DNA of 64,000 nt from NCBI RefSeq assembly GCF_006345805.1, contig NC_042997.1, positions 89,776,001 to 89,840,000 of the forward strand. The letters are read 5' to 3'. Origin of the DNA: Octopus sinensis. Lineage: Eukaryota. The position numbers and the translations under genes are program-made. Shown here piece by piece: positions 24,871 to 37,859 of the stretch. The first letter of the stretch is position 1, and the number at the start of each line of letters is the position of its first letter. Below the pieces are notes generated by a model. The model made no database searches, was not told the origin of the DNA, and saw only the letters and a list, made by a program, of their open reading frames with translations.

Positions 24871-27800
24871 CAAATGCAAAATATTAACAATAAATTAACA
24901 TTGAAAATAATATGGCGCACAATTTGGCAATTTGCTTTACAGCCAACCACATTGATATGTGCAACACTCTTGCACCATAAACCTGATTTGACTAAAGTGT
25001 TATGAGGGAAATTTTGCTAATGGAAACTGTTAGGAAGCCCATTGTGTGCATGTGTGTATGTCTGCAGTTAATAATTACCAGTGCTGGGTACTGATATAAT
25101 CAGCTAAAACCAATTCATAAAACTAGCTGCCCAGCATATCTTCAGTCTGCTAACTGCAGAACTTGTCTGAAAAATTTTCTCATTGTTTTATTTGAACTTC
25201 ATCCTTTGATCACATGTTTACTAATCATTACCCCTTGTCTTCATTATGTGTCTTATTTTTCTAAGATTTAGATTGTATGCCATACTAAAAGTCATGTATC
25301 AACACTTTTTAATCTCATGTCAACAGTTCTGAAACCATTTTTAATCCTGTACATGTCTGTTTGGCATGGTTTGTGTTTTCATTCTCCCTTTCATGATATG
25401 GCCAAGAATCAATCATGAAACCCTTTCTCTCTTTATACATGGCTAAAAGTAGCAACCTGCCACTGATTTGTTTAGGATTCTTTTTAATGGTTTCAAACTT
25501 AGCTTTCCTTACAACCTGTAGCTTCAACAGTTGAATATGAAGGAATATGAATCCTATTTTAAATATTGAGATGAGACAGGTTCCTGTACAAAATACCAGC
25601 TTATATTATAGTTCTGTGAAATAACATTATGTGTGTGGCAATTAACAAAATTTTTCTCCTCTCTTTTTTCCTCTTCCCTCCCTATTGATGTGTGTGTGTA
25701 TATATATATGTACACACACACATATATATGTACACATAGATACTTTTTTCTCCTTTTTTTCCTTCACTTTCACCTTCTTTCTTTTCTTTGTTACTTACCA
25801 TTCTTCTTCTTCCTCTTTACAATGTTCCCTCTCATCCTTCCACTCAGTTCTCACTTCTATATTTTCTACTTCTTTTCTTCCACATTTTCCCCCCCATTTC
25901 TCATTTCTTCCCTGTTTCCTTCTCTATTCTCTTTTCCTTCCTTTCTCTCTGTTTCCCATATTTACTCCATCTCTTCTTAATGTACTCTGCCTTCTCCAAC
26001 TTAACACATTAAACTTGTCTTATTATACACTCTACGTTGCATTTATGAAAGTCCTTTCTTCTTTTCCTTGATGGTAGTTGTAGCAAGAATGCTCTATACT
26101 TCTAATGAAGCTGTAGGTTTTGCTTAAATTTTGTTTAGTTTATTCTGCTAACTCAATTACTATAAAGGGGCACCCGCGCATAAACAATTAACCTATAATT
26201 GTACAAAGTCATGGGTCACTTGTCATTAATAACTAACGTTGTTGTAAGCCAAAGCCAGTAATAGTGTTATAGAAATATTATTATTCTATACCATTTTTAT
26301 ATCCCTCACCTTTCCCTTGCAATAGCTATTAAATTAAGCCTTTTTAAAAAAAAAAAAATTTTACTCATAAAATAAAGATATGGAATAAGAATACTTATTG
26401 AACAGTTTTGGTATATATTTTCTTTGTAATATACTACACACTCTTTGTTAATGTTTAGCCATGAGAATAATGATGAAATTTTACTCCAATATGTTGCTTT
26501 TTTTGTTTTGTTCATTATTTAAAAAAATAACTCAAATTCAGTTGTAAAATCGTGGATTGCAAGATTGCTAAATTTTGGACCATTTCAGTTTCTTATGTTT
26601 GGGGTATATACAGGTAGAATCACTTGTTCTTCATGTTAAATTTTAACCAGTAATTTAGGTCCCCAAGAATATTCACATGAGGTTGCTAGTAGCTTTTACA
26701 ATGTTTACTTAATTACAAATAAATCTCATGAGTTCTATATCTAAATATTACTCCAATTGATTCACTAGCATCTTTGAACATTTTCCTTTGACTACAGGGT
26801 TAGAATTTTGTTATTTTGTAAATTTACTGTACCATTAGTCAAACTTTTCCATCTTTTGAAATCCTTATACATTTTCATCTTCATGCTTACAACTTGCTAT
26901 GGTCTCCTACTTTCTGCCATGCTTCTGTGATGTTATTGCAGTGTATAAATAGTGATTGTATATTCAGTTGTAGGGTGGTTTTGGCATGATTGAACAAGAG
27001 TCTGCTGTGTTACTTCTCCCTTCTTTTTTTTTTGTGAATCTCGGCCCTCTATATATGCCAACTGAATTTTTTTGGATCAAGGTACCATGTGAAATAGTGA
27101 ACAAAAGTAGCTTAATTTTAACATGAAACTGTATTAGTTCTTTATTAAAATTTTTGTGTGCTTAATTTTGGAAAATGTATTGACTTGTTTTAATTTTTAT
27201 TTGCTGTGATAAAATATTTTATTACTTCAATTCATTTTCATGCCTAGCTCCACCGCTAAGGATATTCTGATAGTTAAACATTGCTTTACAAAGTGTAAGG
27301 AAGAGAAGTCATTTCTTCCAAAATGGGTTTCCGTTTCCATCATTACTGATACTTTTTGTAAACTAGTATTGCATGTCTTCAGTACAGCCTGTTGCACAGT
27401 CAAGTTGTTGATAACTAAATTAGCACAACTGCTACCAGGTTAATTTGATGAGAACTCAGCAGGACAAAAAAAAAAAAAACAATACTTGTCTAAGTAGCAA
27501 ATGTGCAGAGACTAAAAATTCCAGTTTTATATCTAGTGCATTGTATAACCATTGATAGTGAGGAACCTCATAGCTTTCATTAAAGCATATCTGAGAAGGT
27601 TACTCTGATATAAATAGCCTTGTGTAGAGAATGACTTTTGGCTGTTTGGGGGATCTTCAGCACCCATTCTTGAATCTAACTTATATTGATACTAAATATC
27701 TTGCCTTGATTTGACTCTGGGTCATGCCAGTTGGGTGGAGAGGTCTTGCTTATGTCATCAAGAAAGGTATGAGTACTACTAAACAATTTTATTTCTTTTG

Positions 27801-28864
27801 TATATACAAGAGATCAGTATTGCTGTTTCACAAGAATCCATTTTAAACTGTTAATAATGGCCAAGGCATGTGTGTTTATGAATAAATCCTTGTTTAACTA
27901 TATACATGATGGATTACTAATAGGATGTAATTGATTGAAGCAATTGTCTACACTTCAAAGAATATTATCAGAAAGTGGCTTGTAGATTTGTTGTAGCTGA
28001 AACTGAAATTGTTGGTGTACTATAAGAGATTTTCTGTATGTAAATTCTAAGAACATTCTCTCTTCTCTCAATTCCTGAACTACTAACACTCTATGAAGAA
28101 AAGAAATATTATGACATATTTCATGAATTTCTTTCAGATTGTAATTATTTTCACCTTTAGTGAAATGTCTCACTTTGTAAAATAATGTTTAATTAATGAG
28201 TCACAGGTTAATTCATACTGATGATTTCTAAGATGAATGATATAATACCATACATGATTACCACCAACTAGAAACTATAAGAAATATGCAGTAAGTAAAA
28301 ATAAAAAAGAAGTGAATTCAAATTTCTGATCCCACCTCATTTTTTGAAGAAATGATTATCCCTCTTGTAATAGCCATAGCTATTACATGGTTACTGTTAT
28401 AAAAAGTGCTATAGTAGTGTTTATTGAAGTTTTATTTTTTCTCAACTCTCTTGGAATAGATTTTTTTTAACAAAGTTTGGTGTGACTGAAGTGTTAGAGT
28501 TTGTTGTTTTTGAGTTAAAGACAAACGTTTTACCTGTATATTAGCATTGTTTACTGACATATTGGTAACTGCTGGCAGCTGGTGGAAATTGAAGCAAAAT
28601 ATGGATTTCTATCAAGATTGGGTGAGGTGAGGAAATGCTGAGAGTAATAACAAACAGTAGTCTGGCTTTATTTAATTTTGAGTCTTTAAAAAATACTTAT
28701 TCTGAATTGTAAATGACTTGATAAGCCTTTTTTTTAATTACAGCTGTTGTAAATGACAACAAAAATATCAAAACCCGATATTTTATTTATTGACAGCATA
28801 GATCTCTATAAAAGGATTTTATTACATATCTAGTTTTGTCATCAATAATGGTAGTAAATATATT

Positions 28865-30086
28865 TGTTGAAGCTATGGACGCATAAGAGGTGCAGCAACA
28901 TCAAAGGAAAATTAACCGAGAACATAGTTTTCGTGTGCGGCACAGGAGCAATAGACACCACAGATACTCAGAAAACAGATTCCATCACACTACAGTGAGA
29001 GAAACCAGAAGTAGTTGATGGTTTCTGCTACCTAGGTGACCATGTTAGTAGTGGAAGTAAATGCTCAGAGAGTGTCACCTCTAGAGTACGAATAGCCTGG
29101 GCAAAGTTTAGAAAGCTTCTGCCCCTACTGGTGACAAAGAGTCTCTCGCTCAGAGTGAAAGGTAGATTGTATGACGCATGTGTGTGAACTGCCATGCTTC
29201 ACGGTAGTGAAACATGGGCTGTGATTGCAGAGGACATGCGTAGGCTTGAAAGAAATGAAGCTAGCATGATCCGCTGGATGTATAATGTCAGTGTGCACAC
29301 ACAACAGAGTTAAGTGCCCTGCGAGAAATGCTGGACATAAGAAGCATTGGATGTGGCATGCAAAAGAGACGTTTGCGCTGGTATAGTCATGTACAACAGA
29401 TGGATGAAGAGAGCTGTGGGAAGAAGTGCCACTCTCAAACAGTTGAAGGGATCCGGGGTAGACATGGGATGAGGTCAAGCATGACCTTCGATCGTTGGGC
29501 TTCACAGAGGCAATGATGAAAGACTGAGATCTCTGGAGATATGCTGTGACTGCGAAGACCCAACAAATAACATGAGTTCATGGCTGTTTCCTGCACCAGC
29601 TTCACATAGTTGCCCCAGCCCATCCAAAGTACCTTGGATCGCAGGACGGCCTGCTGTGCTTACCTTGGGTTATAGGGTGACCTGCTGTGCTTGAGGAGAC
29701 CTATTGAGTCAAGTACATCAACATCAAAATTAAAATCAAATGGAAATTGTAGTTGTAATACCTGTGCCGGTGGCACATAAAAAGCACCATCCGAACGTGG
29801 CTGATGCCAGCGCTGCCTTGACTGGCTTCTGTGCCAGTGGCACGTAAAAAGCACCAACCGATCGTGGTCGCTGCCAACCTCCCCTGGCACCTGTGCCGGT
29901 GGCACATAAAAAGCATCCATCACACTCACGGAGTGGTTGGCATTAGGAAGGGCATCCAGCTGTAGAAACACTGCCAGCTGCTAGATCAGATTGGAGCCTG
30001 GTGCAGCCTCCTGGCTTCCCAGACCCCGGTTGAACTGTCCAACCCATGCTAGCATGGAAAATGGACGTTAAACGATGATGATGATG
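28865..30086 (+). mobile_element. 5'-truncated RTE-clade LINE with 3' UTR and (GAT)n tail
   Basis: Reads KLWTHKRCSNIKGKLTENIVFVC...EVVDGFCYLGD...RIAWAKFRKLLPLL...LRVKGRLYDACV*TAMLHGSETWAV...ERNEASMIRW...KRRLRWYSHV, with stops and frameshifts, ending ~29570. The tail ends ...tgtccaacccatgctagcatggaaaatggacgttaaacgatgatgatgatg. Confidence 0.85.
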
Positions 30087-30270
30087 TACTTAAATATATT
30101 GAAAATGAGAATGAAATACAGTTAAACAATGGAAAAATATGTATTTTATCATATTTTCACTAATTTAAATAAAAGTGTTTTGAGATCATATACTGAAACT
30201 CAAGCGACTGCAGCATAACAGACATAAGTTAGCCATTCAGAAACACACAAAGACCATCAACTCTACTTAA

Positions 30271-30487
30271 CCCTTTAGTGTTCAGATTATTCTATCAAAC
30301 ATAATGCTTTTTGAATTACATTGTTTTCAATTATCATGTATTATCTCATATATTAGAGATTTCGATGATGTGAATGTTTAAAGTAGAATAACATGTAGGG
30401 TAGGTGTGAGAGCCTGGATTTGGTTGGTTTAAAGATAAAACAGATGGAATATTTTGGCTGGATATGGCTGATTTAAATGCTAAAGGG
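30271..30487. mobile_element. piggyBac-like MITE, family 1
   Basis: TTAA|CCCTTTAG...CTAAAGGG|TTAA: TTAA TSD with CCC/GGG termini and a short TIR. Confidence 0.75.
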
Positions 30488-30724
30488 TTAAACATTTATT
30501 TGTAATACAATATCAAAATTTTGGTTGCTTGAATCTGCAACCTTTTCATTGACAAAACATTCTGCTGCAGAATTTTTAGTCAGTGGACAAGTCAGAGTTT
30601 CAAGTGACAAAAATTTCAAGACCATATTACAAAGAAATGTTTTAAGTAAAGTTGATGGTCTTTGTATGCTTCTCTAAGGCTAATTTATGCCTTCCACATT
30701 GCAATCACCAACTATAGGAACAGG

Positions 30725-31010
30725 TGTGGGTGTGTGGTAAAAATTTGCTTCCCAACCACATGGCTCTGGGTTCAGTCCCATTGCATGGCACCTTGGACAA
30801 GTGTCTTCTTACTTATAGCCTTAGGCTGACAAAAGCCTTGTGAGTGGATGTGGTAGACAGAAACTGAAAGAAGTCCATATTTATTTATTTATTTATTTAT
30901 TCATTTATTTGTGTGTGTGTGTGTGTTTGTTCTCCACCAGCACTTGACAACCAGTGTCATTGTGTTTATGTTCCTATAACTTAGTGGTTTGGCAAAAGGG
31001 GCTGATAGAA
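30725..31010 (+). mobile_element. SINE family B
   Basis: Head gtgtggtaaaaatttgcttcccaaccacatggctctgggttcagtccca, with a B-box-like GGTTCAGTCC. Confidence 0.7.
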
Positions 31011-31225
31011 TCCTATAGTCCATTGAAATAAAATTTCTTTTTTCATTTGATTATAATTAATAAAGTAATTTAGTTTTATAAATATTTAACAATAATTGCT
31101 ACTGTAAAAGTACAAAGGTGGAAAAATTGGCAAAAGAGGTTGACAGAGTAAGTACTAGGCTCAAAAAAAGAAAAAAAGGAAAAAATCCTGGGGTCCCTTC
31201 AAGTCACATGTGGTTACATTTTGAA

Positions 31226-31256
<31 letters not shown>

Positions 31257-31599
31257 ATATACATACATATACTTGCAATATAGGAAAACTTTGTCAAAAC
31301 CTAAGTAAACTTTAATGCTGCATTCCTAGTTGGATTACCATTCATTAGAATTTCATTTAATGTTTCTACATTTCCAACTATATTCTCATATTTATATACA
31401 TATATATAAATATTTCATCAAGGATATATTTACATATGTCCTTGATAAAGATAATTTATCTGTTGATTGTCATCTTCATTATTGTCTGCTTGTTCAAATG
31501 CTTAAAAATAATCTGATTTCTTTTGCCATGCTAGCATTCCTTTCTATTTTCTTCCTTCTTCTCATGATGTTTATGATGGTATCTGCTTTTCTATGCTTT

Positions 31600-31990
31600 C
31601 ATGGGTTTGGTGAATCCCGTCCAACACAGTGTCTTGCCATTTTTTTTTTGTCATTTTCTGTGTCACCAGAGATCAAATTCCACCACTTATACCCATGTCT
31701 TTCTCGGCCATCATCTTCCACTGTTTCCTTCCATTTGGATCTCTTGGACCACTTCACCCATCTGTTATCATCCATATGCATTTTAGAGCCATATCAATAT
31801 ATCAATATAGTTGTCACTTTTGCACACATTATCTGATTCCTTATACTCTCATTTTTCTCAATTCATCTGTACTATGACACTCATGTGCACTAATATTGCA
31901 CATTCAGCTGACAATGCTTGCTTCATTCCTCTCCTATCTTTGCACATCTTCTGCATTCAATACTTATGTTCCAATCTCATGCAGTATTGC
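31600..31990 (-). mobile_element. Older RTE 3' remnant, same type as 28865-29570
   Basis: Minus strand AILHEIGT*VLNAEDVQR*ERNEASIVS*MCNISAHE...MDDNRWVK. Confidence 0.65.
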
Positions 31991-32619
31991 ATTTGGTGAA
32001 CAAAAATGTACAATCTACCCTTCGATTGAAAAGAATCCCTTTGTTTCCAGCTGGGTAATAACACTCTTAACTTTTTCTATCCTATTCTTATTCTGGCTAC
32101 TGTGCTTTGTAAATGTTTCCATGAATTTAAAAATTTTGTTTCCCAAAATATAATGTACTTTATTGCATAGTTTGTACTGTATAATAAAAATAAATTATTA
32201 GATAAGTACATTTTTATGGTCTGTTGTTATTTTTGTAAATTAAAAAAAAGCAATTGAAAACTGATTCTTAAAATTTTTATTGCTCATTTTCATTGGGTTG
32301 GAATCAATTTTCACATTTCATATACTATAATAATTTTGAATTCACTGCATATGGAGGTTTTTATAGGATGAATCGTTTGTACTAATTGAGGCATAGCTGT
32401 ATGTATGTGATGTATGAGCATGTGAAAGCACACACACACACACACACACACTTCATAGATGGCCAAATCAGGTTCTGTGATATTACACAGAAAAATATTT
32501 CATGATCGTAAAAAATCATAAAAGTCAATGAATGAGGAAGGCTGTTCTCATTGATAGGTTTCTGACAACTTGCTATTGCACACAGATATACCAACTAATT
32601 ATGGAATATGTAGAATTTA

Positions 32620-33410
32620 CAGGAGGTGATCAATGGTTGTAACCTTTTAGAGATCTTGGATTCGCTGAATGATATAAAACCAATGGGTTTAACTTGAAGC
32701 CTTCACCTGCATTTCCTCTGAATAAAAGAATTAAATGATTGTTAATAACTTTTTATCGTGGTTAAGATTTTTAACTTTTAGAAATATAACTTCTTTGACA
32801 TTCTTTTCCAAAATGATCTAATTCTATTTATGTTAGATATTTGTTGTTCAGTATTTCTTTTTCAACTATTTCCTTAAAAATAAAAAGCCAGATACTTTGC
32901 TGCAGCTGCTTTTTCAGCACTGGTTGGTTCCCCACAGAATTTTGGCATTGTGCAACTGAATTCTAATCTTAAATCTTTCAAATCTGTCAGCTCTTGCTTT
33001 AAGTATTCTTTGGTGTTGAATTGACTTATATCATTTTTCATGGCTGTAAATATCCTCAAAGATTTTGCTTGAATTGTAGCTTCAGAAATCAGAATACATT
33101 TTTGATTACAATCCTCAATCCATACAGCAAGAAAGATTTTCCATTTTCAGCCATTCCTTATAGCTGTTTGCAAACCACAAAATGCTGATGCTAATTTATC
33201 TTTTTATTTCAGCTGCATGTTTTATATTTTGGACAGTTGATTCATGCATACCAAGACCTCTGCCAATTTTCGAATTGCTATTGCCACATGTATGGCATTC
33301 TATTGCGTCAAATTTCTACTCCAATGTAATAGTAAGTCTCTTCCTTTTTGTAGTAGAAGCATTTGTGGTACATATATTTTCAGTTTTTACTAGCTTATAT
33401 AAACCAACAA
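32620..33410 (-). mobile_element. Tigger/pogo transposase remnant (CENP-B HTH plus start of DDE domain)
   Basis: Fragments KRKRLTITLE*KFD...GNSNSKIGRGLGMHESTV, LAVWIEDCNQK.I.ISEATIQAKSL, GEPTSAEKAAAAKY, SYISK, GNAGEGFKLNPLVLYHSANPRSLKG. Confidence 0.8.
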
Positions 33411-34199
33411 TACTGGCTGTAATTGAAAACATGAAAACTGCAGCATGCTATCGTACAATGATAGCCAAAAGCAATTTGACTGATAATTCACTTGGAGCAC
33501 TTGTGATGGATAGATTTTAATTTTTGTGCATCAAAAAATTGTTTTACTAAATTGAATTTAGTTATATACTAGATGAAAAATTGTATCATATAATTTATTC
33601 TGAATTGAATTCCTATTATTTGAATTTGTATTATTTGAAACTTCAATGTTCACATGTGTATGTAAGTATTTAATGTAAAAATACTGGGAAAGCAATATAT
33701 TGGTTGTTACATAACATGCAGGAAAGTCACATAAAATTATTTAGAAAGGATGGAAGTGTAGAATATTTTAGGGTAGTTAAGAGCCAAGGTATGGGGGGGG
33801 GGAGAAACAAGATGAAATACCTTAATACTTAACCAGAGAATTTGACAAAATACAGTTGGACAAAAGTTATATTGTAGACAAGTGTGAATTTTCCAGTGAG
33901 AAAGTAGAACTGAAATTTCTGATCTTGCGCTGATGATATTGAGGGTGTGTGCTTATATATGTGTGTTTGTGTGTGAATTAAAGCTGTGAAAAGGGTTAGA
34001 ACTGTTCTACATTTAATATTGATTTCTTTATTACACTCTAGAGTAATTATATAAAGACTAAGTACAGTTAAGTCATTCTAAGATGGTACTGAAGTAGCAC
34101 TTTTTTTAAATAAAGCCATCACAATTACTGTCACCTTCTTACTACAGGCATACAACAAAACTCTTCTGAAACTCTTCACCAGTCCACTATCTCTCCATC

Positions 34200-35620
34200 A
34201 CATAACGTAACTGTTAAGATGGGTCTTTTCTGACAATCTAGCTTCTTTCTTAGCAAACTCTTCAGTATTTTCCTCTCAACAAGGATCTGTTGAAGCACTT
34301 AATGCTGATTCCCATTCTAAAGAATGACAATCTCTCTGACCCTACTAACTTTTACATTATCATTCTCACTTCTAACATCTCAAAAGTGAAAGAACAGTCA
34401 TAAATAACTAGCTACCTCATAACTTGTAACTGCTCTCTGTTATTAGGGAGCATGAGCTCAGTTTGTGCAGAGCTACATCTACTTGAGACATGCTAAAGGC
34501 TCATGGTCACTGCACTTTTCTCCATGACTAAGTAGTAAAAGAAAAAGCAGTGCATAAATGATCAGAAGACTGAGGCATTTTCCAAGGCAAACTGTAATAA
34601 CACCAAGTTACAATCATCTTTTATCTCTTATTTGTTTTAGGCATTGAACTGTGGCCATGCTGGAGCACCATTTTAAAGGGTATCATCAAACAAATCAATT
34701 CTAGTACTTATTTTTTAAGCCTGATACTTATTCTGTCAGTGTCTTTTGCTGTATTGCTAAGTTACTGGGATACATACAAAGCTACACTACTTGTCAAGTG
34801 TGGGGGACAAGCATTGTGCAAACACACACAAATACATGTATGATGGGCTTCTTTCAGTTTCTGTCCACTAAACCCAATCACAAGGCTTTGATTAAGCTAG
34901 GGTTATAGCAGATGACACTTGTCCAAGGTGCTATGTAGTGAGACTGAACCCAAGACCACATATTTAGGAATTGAGCTTCTTAAACACACAGCTACTTGTG
35001 CATCTATTGTACACATATCACAGACACAGTTTCGTACTACATGGTCTTACAAATGAATTGTATAAACTAAAACTCCGAGGATCTCTTATGACAATTTCAC
35101 ATTTACAACATTGTCAGAAGTAAATCTGAAAGCCTAGGTTTCAACTTCTGTTGAAGAAAAAACTTCAGCTTTCATTATTCTCTTGACAAATCAGTGTAAC
35201 TGACAGTGAAGTATAGCTCACAGATCTAATGCAGTGCTGCTGCTATATATGCAAACATCCTAGACCACACCTAAAAAGAATACCATCTGACTAATTGAAA
35301 AAGACTCACTACTTAACAAAATGTTGCAATCATTGGTTCACAGATGTACTGTTTCTCTTCTCTGATTCTTCTGTTCCTACTGCAAAACCTGCTGAACTAG
35401 TAAACCAATTTGTTTCTCCTTCCATCATGTTACATTATTCTTTCTTAGATCTGTAGCTTTTTGAAGACCTTCCATACCTACATTTTTCCTACAAAAGTTC
35501 AAATTGAATACCAATCACATTGATCTCCTTAGTCTGGAAGAGCTTACAAAGTCCCTACATGCTTTTAGAGTAGTATAGCTGCTTGATCTGTTAGAATTAG
35601 AAGCTAAATCTTTCAAATTA
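34200..35620 (+). mobile_element. Highly degenerate L2/CR1-group LINE remnant, interrupted by a SINE (~34620-34995)
   Basis: LIPILKNDNLSDPTNFYIIILTSNISKV (cf. VVPIPKKG...NYRPISLTS..SKV) near 34305-34390. VKYSSQI*CSAAAIYANILD near 35205-35265. Confidence 0.5.
34620..34995 (-). mobile_element. SINE family B
   Basis: Reverse-complement match with tail. Confidence 0.7.
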
Positions 35621-35785
35621 CACTGTACCATGTTCAAAACAGAAAGACATGTTAGAAAGTATGTTATGGTTGGAATGAATTTGATCATAGATCTGCTTAG
35701 TGAGGGCTGACTGTGGGCTAAACAGCAACAACAGCGATGATGCTTTCCTCACATTCTCATTAATTAGGAAAGAAAACTGTTTTAC

Positions 35786-36100
35786 TGGTCAACTTTGCCT
35801 TTCAACCTTTCAGGTCAATAAACTAAGTACCAGTTAAGCACCATGGTCAATGTAATTGACTTACCCCGCCATTGAAATTACATGCCTTGAGTTAAAATTT
35901 GAAATCAATATTAAAAAGGTCGATGTCTCAGAGTTTGATAACTTTTATTGAACTCTGAGACATCAACCTTGTTAATATTGATTTCAAATTTTAACTCAAG
36001 GCATGTAATTTCAATGGCGGGGTAAGTCAATTACATTGACCATGGTGCTTAACTGGTACTTAGTTTATTGACCTGAAAGGTTGAAAGGCAAAGTTGACCA
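35786..36100. repeat. Near-perfect inverted repeat, two 150-bp arms
   Basis: 35786-35935 is the reverse complement of 35951-36100 with only two mismatches seen. The 15-nt centre can pair further (two G-U pairs), leaving a 3-nt loop. Confidence 0.95.
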
Positions 36101-36612
36101 CTGCAGAATTTGATCTCAGAACATAAAAATGGACGAAATGTCACCAAGCATTTTGGCTGGTGTGCTAATGATTCTACCAGCTCGCTGCCTTCGACCTATT
36201 TCATATTAAAATGCAGTAAGTTTAGACATTGAAATTAATACTGTTAGAGCATCGAATTGAGGTGTTAGGTTATGGGGCAAATGCAAGTTCAAACCTCACT
36301 GGAACCATTATGTTGACTAATAAGCTTTTAACTGTCATTTTACTCAGTGACTAGCATCTTCCATACACTCTTTCACAGTTGAGTGTGTAACAACAATGGT
36401 TTAAAATATTGGCATTGGACCAGCAGATTTTTGAGATGGGGGAGTCAATTACATCAATCCCAGTATTTGACTGGCATTTATTTTATCAACCTTGGAAGGA
36501 TGAAAGGCAATGTCCACCTCAGCAGAAGTTTGAACTCATAATGTAAAGATAGATAAAATGTTGCTAAGCATTTTGCCTGGCATGTCAACTGTTCTGTCAG
36601 CTCACTGTCTTA
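35975..36612 (-). mobile_element. Two SINE family A copies (~35975-36192 and ~36395-36612)
   Basis: Consensus match by eye; the first forms the right arm of the 315-bp palindrome. Confidence 0.7.
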
Positions 36613-37204
36613 GTGTATAGCAGTAATAACATGGAAAAATCGCGGGCAGACACAATCTAGTCTTGTGTTGTTATGACGCTCTGAATCAGAACCACCGAGT
36701 ATCCATACGTTAGTCCCACCCATGCTAGCATAGAAGGTAGACGTTAAACGATGATGATGATGATATACTTTGGCTATCATTACATTTGCTAAAACATAGT
36801 GCAGCTGTTAAATAGGTTATGGTGTTACATTTACTGCAGCTCAGTGTACTTTGCTGATCAAAATGAATCATTGTTTAACCATTTTAAGACACATGCTGCT
36901 TTGGTATGTGTAGCCAAAAAGACCAAAATGTTTTTTCTCTTGAGATTGAAAATGATAGGTACATGTAGAAAACAAAATATAAAGTGCCTAAAACTCGTTT
37001 ATTAATATGTAAAACTATATATATTATATAGTTTTATATTATATCTACTGGAAGATGATCTCTAGCTATTACACTGCAAAACATTTGTTTCATTGGGCTG
37101 ATGGATCAGCTTCAAAGTCTTTCCAGCTTGTATTACTTGGTCTGATCATTTGGCCTGGGTGTCCCAAGAGAGTTAAGATCAGTTGAATTTGGTTTCTTTA
37201 TTAA

Positions 37205-37412
37205 CACTTTAGCATTCAGATTACTATGTCAAATGTAATGCTTATTTATTCATATTTATTTTGAATTAATCACACATTTTGTAGCTTCAAGATTTCAATA
37301 GTGTGTTTGTATATTTTCAGAATGACATTGTAGGGTAGGTGTGAGAGGTTGGATTTGGTCAGTTTTAACATAAAACAGGTAGAATATTTGGGCCAGATAT
37401 GGCTGGATAGGG
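37205..37412. mobile_element. piggyBac-like MITE, family 1
   Basis: TTAA|CACTTTAGCATTCAG...AGGG|TTAA; homologous by eye to 30271-30487. Confidence 0.6.
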
Positions 37413-37751
37413 TTAAGTTAAAATTCAGTGTTTCAAGAATTGAAATTTAGTTTTTTCTGTAATATTTACTTCTTTGTTTCTCTTTGTAATATTTTTGTTC
37501 ATTCTTTTTTTTAAATATTTATTTTGTTATTGTAATAGAAGGAAGGGCTCTGTTTGATTGTAATTAAATTATGTTATTGCTGATATTTCCTTAATTTTAT
37601 CCTTTTTACTTGAGGAATGGAAAAGACAAAGCTCTCATCCCACACTCCAAATCTTAGTATTGAAATTAAATGCAGTATTTGTTTCATTGGACAGCCCATA
37701 AATTTTTATGGGAGTGAGATAATCAGTTGAATTGATCTCGGTACATTATCT

Positions 37752-37757
<6 letters not shown>

Positions 37758-37814
<57 letters not shown>
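37758..37814. repeat. (TA)n microsatellite
   Basis: Directly visible. Confidence 0.95.
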
Positions 37815-37818
<4 letters not shown>

Positions 37819-37859
37819 GAAATGAAGAAAATGCTGACAAAATAATTTAAGTAAGGGAG

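Noticed and set aside
25633-26071. Hydrophobic Phe/Ser-rich ORFs
   Set aside because: Translation of a polypyrimidine low-complexity tract.
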